Origin: Acidimicrobium ferrooxidans
Lineage (GTDB): Bacteria; Actinomycetota; Geothermincolia; Fen-727; Anoxymicrobiaceae
NCBI GenBank assembly: GCA_020723485.1
Contig: DYIU01000002.1
Span: forward strand, 25,167-89,166
DNA: 64,000 bases
Direction: 5' to 3'
In this document: piece after piece, positions 9,013 through 16,548 of the stretch
How the letters are laid out: each line of letters starts with the position of its first letter
Position numbering within the stretch: position 1 is the first letter of the stretch
Translations under genes and position numbers: made by a program
The notes under the pieces: model-generated
Told to the model about the DNA's origin: nothing
Database searches by the model: none
What the model saw: only the letters and a program-made list of their open reading frames with translations

Positions 9013-10026
9013 ATGATGATAGTGATGCGCGGCGGGGTGAGCGACCAGCAGGTGCAGGAGGTCGTCGAGAAGCTCCACTCCATCGGGGCCGAAGCCCACG
9101 TCTCGCGTGGAGAGTTCAAGACGATAATCGGAGCCATTGGCGACCGCGAGAAGATATCCGAGATACCGTTCGCCGCCCTGGAGGGAGTCGAAGCGGTCAT
9201 CCCGGTGATGAAGCCGTACAAGCTGGTAAGCCGTGAGTTCCACCCGGAGGGGACCGTGGTCGACGTAGGCGGTGTCGAGCTGGGCGGCGAGACCTTCGTG
9301 GTCATCGCGGGCCCGTGTGCGGTGGAGAGCGAGGAGCAGGTGCTGGCGGCGGCGAAGGCCGCCAAGAAAGCCGGCGCCCACCTGCTGAGGGGAGGCGCCT
9401 TCAAGCCCCGCTCGTCCCCGTACTCCTTCCAGGGCATGGGGGAGCAAGGGCTCGAGCTTCTGACGCTGGCCAGCCGTGAGACCGGCCTCCCCGTAGTTAC
9501 CGAAGTGGTGGACGTCAGGCATGTCGAGCTGGTGAACGCCCATGCAGACATGCTGCAGATAGGCGCCCGTAACATGCAGAACTTCCTGCTGCTCCGCGAG
9601 GTGGGCCTCCAGCACAAGCCGGTGATGCTCAAGAGGGGGCTCTCGAGCACCATCGAGGAACTGCTGATGGCGGCCGAGTACATCATCCGCGGCGGCAACT
9701 CCAACGTCGTCCTTTGCGAGCGGGGGATAAGGACCTTTGAGACGGCCACGCGCAACACCCTCGACCTCTCCGCCGTGCCTCTCGTGAAGGAAGCGAGCCA
9801 CCTGCCGATAGTGGTTGACCCCAGCCACGCCACCGGCATGCGCGAGCCGATACCCGCGCTCACCAGGGGGGCTCTCGCGGTCGGAGCCGACGGGGTGATG
9901 ATAGAGATACATCCCGACCCCAAGGCCGCCCTGTGCGATGGGCCCCAGTCGCTCGAGTTTGAGGAGTTCGAGAGGCTGATGGACGAATTGAGGGCGGTCG
10001 CTTCGCCGCTCGGCCGCAGGCTCTAG
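9013..10026 (+). CDS. aroF: 3-deoxy-7-phosphoheptulonate (DAHP) synthase, type I-beta with N-terminal ferredoxin-like regulatory domain
   Basis: Collinear by eye with the Thermotoga-type enzyme: [12 protein letters not shown]...IAGPCAVES...[11 protein letters not shown]...LKRG...CERGIRTFE...VDPSH. Confidence 0.93.
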   Translation: MMIVMRGGVSDQQVQEVVEKLHSIGAEAHVSRGEFKTIIGAIGDREKISEIPFAALEGVEAVIPVMKPYKLVSREFHPEGTVVDVGGVELGGETFVVIAGPCAVESEEQVLAAAKAAKKAGAHLLRGGAFKPRSSPYSFQGMGEQGLELLTLASRETGLPVVTEVVDVRHVELVNAHADMLQIGARNMQNFLLLREVGLQHKPVMLKRGLSSTIEELLMAAEYIIRGGNSNVVLCERGIRTFETATRNTLDLSAVPLVKEASHLPIVVDPSHATGMREPIPALTRGALAVGADGVMIEIHPDPKAALCDGPQSLEFEEFERLMDELRAVASPLGRRL

Positions 10027-10039
10027 AGGTCTGGACACC

Positions 10040-11152
10040 ATGCCTGAGATATTCGAGAAAGCGGCGATAATAGGCACCGGCCTTATGGGCGGCTCGCTCT
10101 CCATGGCCCTCGTGGAGAGCTCTAAGGTACGCTCGGTCGCCGGCTACGATTCAAGCGAGGAGACCCGCGAGAAAGCCCTGGCGATGCGTGTCGCGGACGA
10201 GGTCTCGTCCACGGCCTCCGAAGCGGTCAACGGGGCCGACCTTGTCTTCATAGCCACGCCTACGAGCTCCATCGTCGACACTTTCGTCGAGTTGAGTGGT
10301 TCCCTCCGCGACGGCGCGGTGGTCTCCGACCTGGGATCCGCGAAGATGACGGTGACCGCCGGTGTCGAGGCGGCGCTCCCGGGCGGCGTCAGCTACGTGG
10401 GCGGGCACCCCATGACTGGTTCCGAGCAGTCCGGCGTGCAGTACGCGCGCCCCGACCTCTACCGCCAGGCCTACTACATCCTGACCCCTACCGCGCGGAC
10501 AGACGCCGAAGCGTTCAGTAAGCTGCACGCCGTGCTCACCGATATCGGGGCAAGGGTCATCTCCATCGACCCCGAGTCCCACGACAGGGCGATGGCGACC
10601 GTGAGCCACGTACCCCACCTGCTCTCGCTGCTGCTGATGGATATGGCGAGCGGCCAGAAGGAGCAGATGGAGAACCTCTACACGGTCTCGGCCGGCGGCT
10701 TCAGGGACATGACGCGTATCGCCGCCAGCAGCCCGGAGGTCTGGATAGACATCTGCATGGAGAACAATGATTTCATAATCGAGCGGCTGAAAGACTACGA
10801 CGCCAGGATGCGAGACCTCACGGAAATGCTGGAGAGCGGCGACCGTGAGGGCCTGAGGCGCCTTTTCGAGGGCGCGCGCCGCGCGAGGGCGGAGCTATCC
10901 GTGAAGTCCGGACAGGAGCTCGAGGAGCTGTTCGATGTCTCGCTGCCAGTGCCCGACGAGCCAGGCGTGATAAGCAGGATCTCCACCGCCGTCGGCTCTC
11001 TCGGCGTCAACATCGAGGACCTGGGGATCGTGCATCCGCTCGAGGGCGAGACCGGGATAATGACACTCAGGATACTCGGCAAGGAGAAAGCGCGGCAGGC
11101 CGCTGAGAAGCTGCAGGAGCTCGGCTACAGGGCGAGCTTCTGGAAAGCGTGA
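10040..11152 (+). CDS. tyrA: Prephenate dehydrogenase with C-terminal ACT domain
   Basis: NAD-binding IIGTGLMGGS, catalytic GGHPMTGSE, C-terminal ACT-like segment. Confidence 0.9.
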   Translation: MPEIFEKAAIIGTGLMGGSLSMALVESSKVRSVAGYDSSEETREKALAMRVADEVSSTASEAVNGADLVFIATPTSSIVDTFVELSGSLRDGAVVSDLGSAKMTVTAGVEAALPGGVSYVGGHPMTGSEQSGVQYARPDLYRQAYYILTPTARTDAEAFSKLHAVLTDIGARVISIDPESHDRAMATVSHVPHLLSLLLMDMASGQKEQMENLYTVSAGGFRDMTRIAASSPEVWIDICMENNDFIIERLKDYDARMRDLTEMLESGDREGLRRLFEGARRARAELSVKSGQELEELFDVSLPVPDEPGVISRISTAVGSLGVNIEDLGIVHPLEGETGIMTLRILGKEKARQAAEKLQELGYRASFWKA

Positions 11153-12444
11153 GCTCCATGAAGAAGGCCTTCAGCAGGAGCGGCCCCCTCACGGGAGAGT
11201 TGAAGGTCCCGGCTGACAAGTCGATCTCCCACAGGGCGGCCATCATCGCGGCGCTGGCCCGCGGAGATTCCACGATAACGGGATACAGCCCCGCTTCAGA
11301 CTGTCAGAGCACGCTGGAGGTGCTGGAGGCGCTTGGCTTGCGGGTAGAGCGGCGCGAATGCGCGGTGTCGGTCGAAGGGACCTCCGGAGGGCCTTTCATC
11401 CAACCTCGCGGCCCGGTCGACTGCGGCAACTCGGGGACCACCCTGAGGCTGGTCGCCGGAGCGATGGCCTCGATGCCCATAACGGTCACCCTCACCGGCG
11501 ACGAGAGCCTCAGGCGAAGGCCGATGGGCAGGATAATCGAGCCCCTGAACATGATGGGGGCACGCCTGACATCAGAGGGCGGGGACGGCCGCCCGCCACT
11601 GGTCACAAGCGGGGGAAGCTTGAAACGCATCGAGTACGCGCCGCCCGTGGCGAGCGCGCAGGTGAAATCCGCGGTGCTCCTCGCCGGGCTCGGGGCGGAC
11701 GGTCCGACTACCGTCTGCGAGCGGGTCCGCACCCGCGACCATACGGAGCGACTGCTCCTGGCCTCGGGTATCGATGTCAAGACGGAAGGCCTATCAGTCA
11801 CCGTGCGGCCCGGCGTTCCTGAGGCTTTCGACGTTGAAGTGCCGGGCGATTTATCCTCCGCCGCCTTCATCGTGGCCGCTGCCGCAATGGTGCCCGGCTC
11901 CGATGTCACGGTGCGCTCGGTCGGCCTCAATCCGACCAGGACCGGTTTCCTGGACGTGCTCGAGCGGATGGGCGCCGACGTCGAAGTCTCTGTCGAGGGC
12001 TGGGACTGGGAGCCTGTCGGCAGCATAAGAGTTAGGTATGCTCCGCTGAAGGCGGTCGAGCTCTCAGCAGAGGACGTCGCCCGGGCGATAGACGAGGTCA
12101 CACTGGTGGCCCTGCTCGCCACGCGGGCGGTCGGCAGGACCGAAATAAGGGGAGCTTCAGAGCTCAGGCTCAAAGAGTCCGACCGAATCTCCGGGACCGC
12201 GAGGGGACTCGAGGCGCTGGGCGTATCCCTCGAAGAGAGCGAGGACGGCCTGGCAGTGGAGGGTCCCTGCGAGCTGGTCGGCGCCCCCGTAAGCGCCGCC
12301 GGCGACCACAGGCTCGCCATGATGTTCGCGCTGGCCGGTCTTGCGGCGGACGGGGAGACAGTGGTGGACGGCTGGGAGTGGACAGCGGTCTCCTTCCCCG
12401 GCTTCGAGAAAGCGCTCGAGATGCTCGGCGCGCGGAGGGCATAG
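11149..12444 (+). CDS. aroA: 3-phosphoshikimate 1-carboxyvinyltransferase (EPSP synthase)
   Basis: LKVPADKSISHRAAIIAAL, GNSGTTLRLVAG, RRRPMGRI, DHRLAMMFA motifs. Confidence 0.95.
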   Translation: MSSMKKAFSRSGPLTGELKVPADKSISHRAAIIAALARGDSTITGYSPASDCQSTLEVLEALGLRVERRECAVSVEGTSGGPFIQPRGPVDCGNSGTTLRLVAGAMASMPITVTLTGDESLRRRPMGRIIEPLNMMGARLTSEGGDGRPPLVTSGGSLKRIEYAPPVASAQVKSAVLLAGLGADGPTTVCERVRTRDHTERLLLASGIDVKTEGLSVTVRPGVPEAFDVEVPGDLSSAAFIVAAAAMVPGSDVTVRSVGLNPTRTGFLDVLERMGADVEVSVEGWDWEPVGSIRVRYAPLKAVELSAEDVARAIDEVTLVALLATRAVGRTEIRGASELRLKESDRISGTARGLEALGVSLEESEDGLAVEGPCELVGAPVSAAGDHRLAMMFALAGLAADGETVVDGWEWTAVSFPGFEKALEMLGARRA

Positions 12445-13140
12445 ATGGAAACTGGGCGGGACCTGGTGATAGCCATAGACGGGCCCGCGGCGTCGGGCAA
12501 GAGCACCGTGGCGATCGAGCTTGCGCGCAGGCTCGGCCTGTCTCTCGTGGACAGCGGATCCATGTACAGGGCGGTTACGCTGGTAGCGCTCGAGAGAGAG
12601 GTGCCGTTCGACGCAGAAGACCCGCTGCGCGAGGTCGCCGAGTGGGTGAGCGCCAACTTCCGGATGGAGACACCTGTAGACGACGCTCCGAGGGTATTCC
12701 TGGCCGACCGTGAGGTCACCGACGAGATAAGGTCGAGCGAGGTCGGGAAAGCCGTCTCGCCCGTATCGGCGGTGCCGGGGGTGAGGGACGAGATGGTGCG
12801 CCTCCAGCGGTGCCTCGGCGGCCCGGGCGGGGCCGTGGTGGAAGGCCGCGACATTGGGACCGCCGTCTTTCCCGAGGCGCCCCTCAAGGTCTTTCTGGAG
12901 GCGCCCGCGGACGAGAGGTCATGCAGGAGGTTCGAAGAGCTCAGGGGCAAGGGCGGCAACGCCACGCTCGAAGAGGTCGAGGCGGAGATCGCTAAGAGGG
13001 ACTCGATAGACTCCTCCAGGGAGCACAGCCCGCTCTCAAGGGCTCCGGATGCTCTGCTCATAGACACTTCCGGTATCGGGGTCGGCGATGTCGTGGACGC
13101 GATCATCTCCGCACTGCGTGAGCGCGGCCTCATTTCTTGA
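12445..13140 (+). CDS. cmk: Cytidylate kinase
   Basis: P-loop IAIDGPAASGKST, GSMYRA, EGRDIGT motifs. Conserved aroA-cmk linkage. Confidence 0.93.
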   Translation: METGRDLVIAIDGPAASGKSTVAIELARRLGLSLVDSGSMYRAVTLVALEREVPFDAEDPLREVAEWVSANFRMETPVDDAPRVFLADREVTDEIRSSEVGKAVSPVSAVPGVRDEMVRLQRCLGGPGGAVVEGRDIGTAVFPEAPLKVFLEAPADERSCRRFEELRGKGGNATLEEVEAEIAKRDSIDSSREHSPLSRAPDALLIDTSGIGVGDVVDAIISALRERGLIS

Positions 13141-13145
13141 AAGGG

Positions 13146-13174
13146 TTGCGCGATCGGAAGCGAAAGCGTATTAT
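13146..13174 (+). promoter_or_regulatory. Putative sigma70-type promoter of the trp leader (TTGCGC-N17-TATTAT)
   Basis: Hexamers at 13146-13151 and 13169-13174 with a 17-nt spacer. The predicted TSS falls within a few nt of ATG 13184, giving a near-leaderless transcript. Confidence 0.5.
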
Positions 13175-13183
13175 CTTCCAATC

Positions 13184-13237
13184 ATGATGAAAGCGACGGT
13201 TAAGCCGGAACTCAAGAACTGGTGGTGGAGCTCCTAA
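13184..13237 (+). CDS. Trp-rich attenuation leader peptide MMKATVKPELKNWWWSS
   Basis: 17-codon ORF with three consecutive TGG codons (13220-13228). It lies between a promoter and an intrinsic terminator, directly upstream of trpB2. Confidence 0.7.
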   Translation: MMKATVKPELKNWWWSS

Positions 13238-13312
13238 GGGGGTTCCACGCCGCCGCGCGTAAGAACAAGGCCGTGGGACTCGGAGATTGATTCCCGCGGC
13301 TTAGCTGTATCA

Positions 13313-13345
13313 GGACCCGGTCGCGGAGGACCGGGTTTTCTGGTT
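13313..13345 (+). terminator. Intrinsic terminator (attenuator) in the trpB2 leader
   Basis: Stem ACCCGGTC (13315-22) / GACCGGGT (13329-36), 6-nt loop, then TTTTCTGGTT. Lies 35 nt upstream of the trpB2 start. Confidence 0.7.
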
Positions 13346-13379
13346 CAGGAGGCAAGTCCGCAAGAAAGGAGTGTTAGAG

Positions 13380-14693
13380 ATGGGAAGCAAGGAGACCCCG
13401 TACAAGGTGACCCTGACCGAGGAGGAGATGCCGAAGGCGTGGTATAACATCCAGCCGGACCTGCCCAACCAGCTCCCGCCGCCGTTGAGCCCGATGACCA
13501 AGGAGCCGGCGGGCCCGGAGGACTTCATACCGCTCTTCCCGATGGAGCTCATCAAGCAGGAGATGAGCCCCGAGCGGTTCATAGAGATCCCCGAGGAGGT
13601 CCGCGAGGTCTACAGGCTGTACCGCCCCAGCCCGCTACACCGAGCCTACAGGCTGGAGAAGGAGCTCGACACACCGGCGCGGATCTTCTACAAGGACGAG
13701 AGCGTCAGCATGGCGGGCAGTCACAAACCGAACACCGCGATCGCCCAGGCCTACTACAACAAGCAGGAGGGCGTGAAACGCATCTGCACCGAGACGGGCG
13801 CCGGCCAGTGGGGCAGCGCCCTCGCCCTGGGCTGCAAGTTCTTCGGCATCGAGCTGCAGGTCTACATGGTAAAGGTCTCCTATGAACAGAAGCCGTACCG
13901 CCGCGCCATGATGGAGGTGTGGGGCGCTGATGTGTTCGCGAGCCCGACCGACATGACCGAGTCCGGCCGCGCCGTTCTAGCCGAGGACCCTGAATGCCCG
14001 GGCAGCCTCGGCATAGCTATAAGCGAAGCGGTGGAGATGGCACTCAAGAGGGACGACACCAAGTACTCGCTCGGCAGCGTCCTCAACCACGTGTGCATGC
14101 ACCAGACGGTCATCGGCCTGGAGGCCAAGGCCCAGATGGAGAAGGTCGACGCCTACCCCGATGTAGTCATCGGATGCGTAGGGGGCGGCAGCAACTTCGC
14201 CGGCGTCTCGTTCCCGTTCATGATGGACAAGCTCGCCGGCAAGTCGGACGTGCGCTGCATAGCGGTCGAGCCGACGAGCTGTCCTACCCTGACGAAGGGC
14301 AAGTACGAGTACGATTACGGGGACGAGGCCGGGCTGGCGCCGATAGTGATGATGTACACGCTGGGGCATAAGTTCGTCCCATCGGCAATACACGCCGGCG
14401 GCCTGCGCTACCACGGCGATTCGCCTCTCGTGTCCGCGCTGGTGCACGAGGGTTACGTTGAGGCCGTCGCCTATCCTCAGACCCAGGTGTTCGAGGCCGC
14501 GATGACGTTCGCCCGCACCGAAGGCATGATAATCGCTCCGGAGACCTCGCACGCCCTGAAGTGCGCCATTGACGAGGCCCTGAAGTGCAAGGAGAGCGGG
14601 GAGAGCAGGGACATACTGTTCAACCTGAGCGGCCACGGCCTGCTAGACCTCAAGGGCTACGAGGAGTACATGGCGGGCAACCTCCAGGATTGA
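13380..14693 (+). CDS. trpB: TrpB2-type tryptophan synthase beta-like PLP enzyme (stand-alone)
   Basis: TrpB2 N-terminal signature [16 protein letters not shown]-lysine motif [22 protein letters not shown] lies 8 nt before ATG 13380. No trpA or other trp genes in the window. Confidence 0.88.
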   Translation: MGSKETPYKVTLTEEEMPKAWYNIQPDLPNQLPPPLSPMTKEPAGPEDFIPLFPMELIKQEMSPERFIEIPEEVREVYRLYRPSPLHRAYRLEKELDTPARIFYKDESVSMAGSHKPNTAIAQAYYNKQEGVKRICTETGAGQWGSALALGCKFFGIELQVYMVKVSYEQKPYRRAMMEVWGADVFASPTDMTESGRAVLAEDPECPGSLGIAISEAVEMALKRDDTKYSLGSVLNHVCMHQTVIGLEAKAQMEKVDAYPDVVIGCVGGGSNFAGVSFPFMMDKLAGKSDVRCIAVEPTSCPTLTKGKYEYDYGDEAGLAPIVMMYTLGHKFVPSAIHAGGLRYHGDSPLVSALVHEGYVEAVAYPQTQVFEAAMTFARTEGMIIAPETSHALKCAIDEALKCKESGESRDILFNLSGHGLLDLKGYEEYMAGNLQD

Positions 14694-14758
14694 GCTAAAG
14701 GTCAAAGCGGCAACTCTGCGAAATATTGGGTGAATGGTTGAACTGTTCGAGTTGGAAC

Positions 14759-14786
14759 GCGCCGCCGTGCGCCTGTACGGCGGCGC
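14759..14786 (+). terminator. GC-rich hairpin downstream of trpB2 (possible U-tract-less terminator)
   Basis: GCGCCGCCGT-gcgcctgt-ACGGCGGCGC, a perfect 10-bp stem. No T-run follows, so function is uncertain. Confidence 0.3.
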
Positions 14787-14812
14787 ATGAACAGTGATGG
14801 AGGTAACGGCGC

Positions 14813-15739
14813 TTGGCCATATGCTGCCCTACCTGCGGAGCCGAGAATCCCGATTCGGCGGAGTTCTGCAACCTGTGCCTCGCGGCGCTGGGTTTCGAAG
14901 CGCAGGAATACACCACCCCCGCCCCCGTGGAGGATGGGTACTTAGAGCACTATCCATCGAGCTTCGACCCGGGAGCGCCGAGTGCCGAGGAGCTCGCCGC
15001 CTCCGGTGAGGCCCAGGAGGCCCCGCCGGTCGACATCGGCGAGTACGGCGTAAGGTCAGGCCAGGACTACGAAGCGGGGACCGCCGCCCCGGCGCCGGCG
15101 TACGGTGAGCCGCAGCCGCCACCCGCTGATTATGGATACCAGCCTCCCCCGGAGCCCGCAACTCCCGACTACGGCCCCGCCTCGTACCAGCAGGCGCCGG
15201 CCGAGGGTCAGTACTGGCAGCAGCCTGCCCAGCAGCCCTACACGCCGCCCGGGGAAGCCTGGCAACAGGGATACGGGGGCGCCTACGGCGAGAGCGCGCG
15301 TGCGACGAGGCCTTTCGACTGGACGCGGGCGCTCCTGCTCTGCACGGGCGCCGCGGCCATCGCGGCGCTCATGTCGATCGGCCTCGAGCTGTTCTTCAGC
15401 TTCATCGGGTACAGCATGGCGATGTCGACGAACATCAGCATCGGCCTGGTGATAGTCTTCATCTCACTGCTGATACCCGTGGCGTTCGCGAGCTTCTCCT
15501 GCGGCTACAAGATGGAGAGGTACGGGTGGGCGCTGGGACTGATCTCGGTGGGTATGTGGGCGTTCATCTTCAGGCCGCTCTACTACGCGATACTCTCGTG
15601 GATGCTGACCGAGAGGTTCACCTTCACGGCGGTCTTCAGCAGGTACAGCCTCGCCTTTATCTTCGGCCTGTTTCTGCCGCTGGGAGCATTGATTGGATGG
15701 CTCGGGGAGAAGAGGGCGACAACGGGGCTCTTTTTCTAA
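14813..15739 (+). CDS. Zinc-ribbon domain membrane protein with Pro/Gln/Tyr-rich linker
   Basis: N-terminal CPTCGAENPDSAEFCNLC zinc ribbon, about 140 aa of P/Q/Y/A-rich low complexity, then about 4 predicted TM helices. TTG start 9 nt after GGAGG. Confidence 0.65.
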   Translation: MAICCPTCGAENPDSAEFCNLCLAALGFEAQEYTTPAPVEDGYLEHYPSSFDPGAPSAEELAASGEAQEAPPVDIGEYGVRSGQDYEAGTAAPAPAYGEPQPPPADYGYQPPPEPATPDYGPASYQQAPAEGQYWQQPAQQPYTPPGEAWQQGYGGAYGESARATRPFDWTRALLLCTGAAAIAALMSIGLELFFSFIGYSMAMSTNISIGLVIVFISLLIPVAFASFSCGYKMERYGWALGLISVGMWAFIFRPLYYAILSWMLTERFTFTAVFSRYSLAFIFGLFLPLGALIGWLGEKRATTGLFF

Positions 15740-15824
15740 GATCGGACATGGAGGCCGCCGTTTTCATATCGCGGCCGGTTCTCTGATATCATTGTAGGTC
15801 AGGCGTAGAGGTACGGAGGTTCAG

Positions 15825-16073
15825 ATGTTCACTGCCATAGCTGCGGTCCTGGCACGGGAGCCGATAATAGCCTGGTCCAGCCCATGGACGTACGTGATGT
15901 TCGCGGCCCTGCTGCTCATGATAATCATGGGTACGTGGACCGGCGCGGTCGCCGCCGGCAGGGGCAGGAGCATGCAGTGGTGGTTCATCATCGGGTTCTT
16001 CCTTCCCATAATCGGCCTTATCATCGTCTACATCCTGAAACCCATCGACAAAGCGGCTCCTGCCAAGAAGTAG
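15825..16073 (+). CDS. Small hypothetical membrane protein (82 aa, 2 TM)
   Basis: GGAGG lies 8 nt before the ATG. Two hydrophobic helices and a basic C-terminus. No recognisable family. Confidence 0.5.
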   Translation: MFTAIAAVLAREPIIAWSSPWTYVMFAALLLMIIMGTWTGAVAAGRGRSMQWWFIIGFFLPIIGLIIVYILKPIDKAAPAKK

Positions 16074-16395
16074 CAGGGCTCGGGGGAGGGTTCGGGGTAC
16101 GTTTTTTCCCGCGCTACGGGAGTACCCTGAGGCGTCGGGAAAAAAGCACCCCTCGCCCTCAAATTCAAGAAGAACAAGAGGTTACAGTTCCGAGGGGTCA
16201 GCACAGGATACATCACCGCCGCAGGCCACGCAGAGAACGCCAACTATCTACGTCAGCCAGATGCCAATTGATTTCCACAAAACGCCATTCGTTGAACGGG
16301 GTCCCCAACGTTACGTGAGCGGTGAATAGCAAGAACTTCACGTTGGGGGTAGCCAAGGAGTAGAAAACCCACTAGACATACAATTACCTTGGCGT

Positions 16396-16482
16396 TGGTG
16401 CCGAAGGCCGGAGTCGAACCGGCACGGGGAGTCACCCCACTGGTTTTTGAGACCAGCGCGTCTACCATTCCGCCACTTCGGC
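16396..16482 (-). tRNA. tRNA-Leu (anticodon CAA), CCA encoded
   Basis: Reverse complement GCCGAAGTGGCGGAATGGTAGACGCGCTGGTCTCAAAAACCAGTGGGGTGACTCCCCGTGCCGGTTCGACTCCGGCCTTCGGCACCA. 7-bp acceptor stem, CU-CAA-AA anticodon loop, long variable arm, GTTCGACTC T-loop. Confidence 0.95.
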
Positions 16483-16503
16483 ATGCCGCGCTTCTACTGG
16501 GAT

Positions 16504-16512
16504 ATTATAACA
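16504..16512 (-). promoter_or_regulatory. Extended -10 element (TGTTATAAT) upstream of tRNA-Leu
   Basis: On the minus strand, TGT-TATAAT lies 21 nt upstream of the mature tRNA 5' end. The -35 is poor. Confidence 0.4.
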
Positions 16513-16548
16513 AGAGGTATCTAACCTCCTTTGTGATATGTAGAGGTC

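Noticed and set aside
13141-13379. T-box riboswitch (Trp specifier UGG) upstream of trpB2.
   Set aside because: There is no recognisable T-box sequence (GGUGGNACCGCG-like), AG bulge or GNUGGA elements. The UGG triplets lie in a translatable 17-codon ORF behind a promoter, which fits ribosome-mediated attenuation better.
16253-16468. 71-aa minus-strand ORF, plus a 22-codon plus-strand ORF at 16261..16329, in the tRNA-Leu flank.
   Set aside because: The first overlaps the tRNA gene itself. Neither has an SD, a recognisable motif or a plausible composition.
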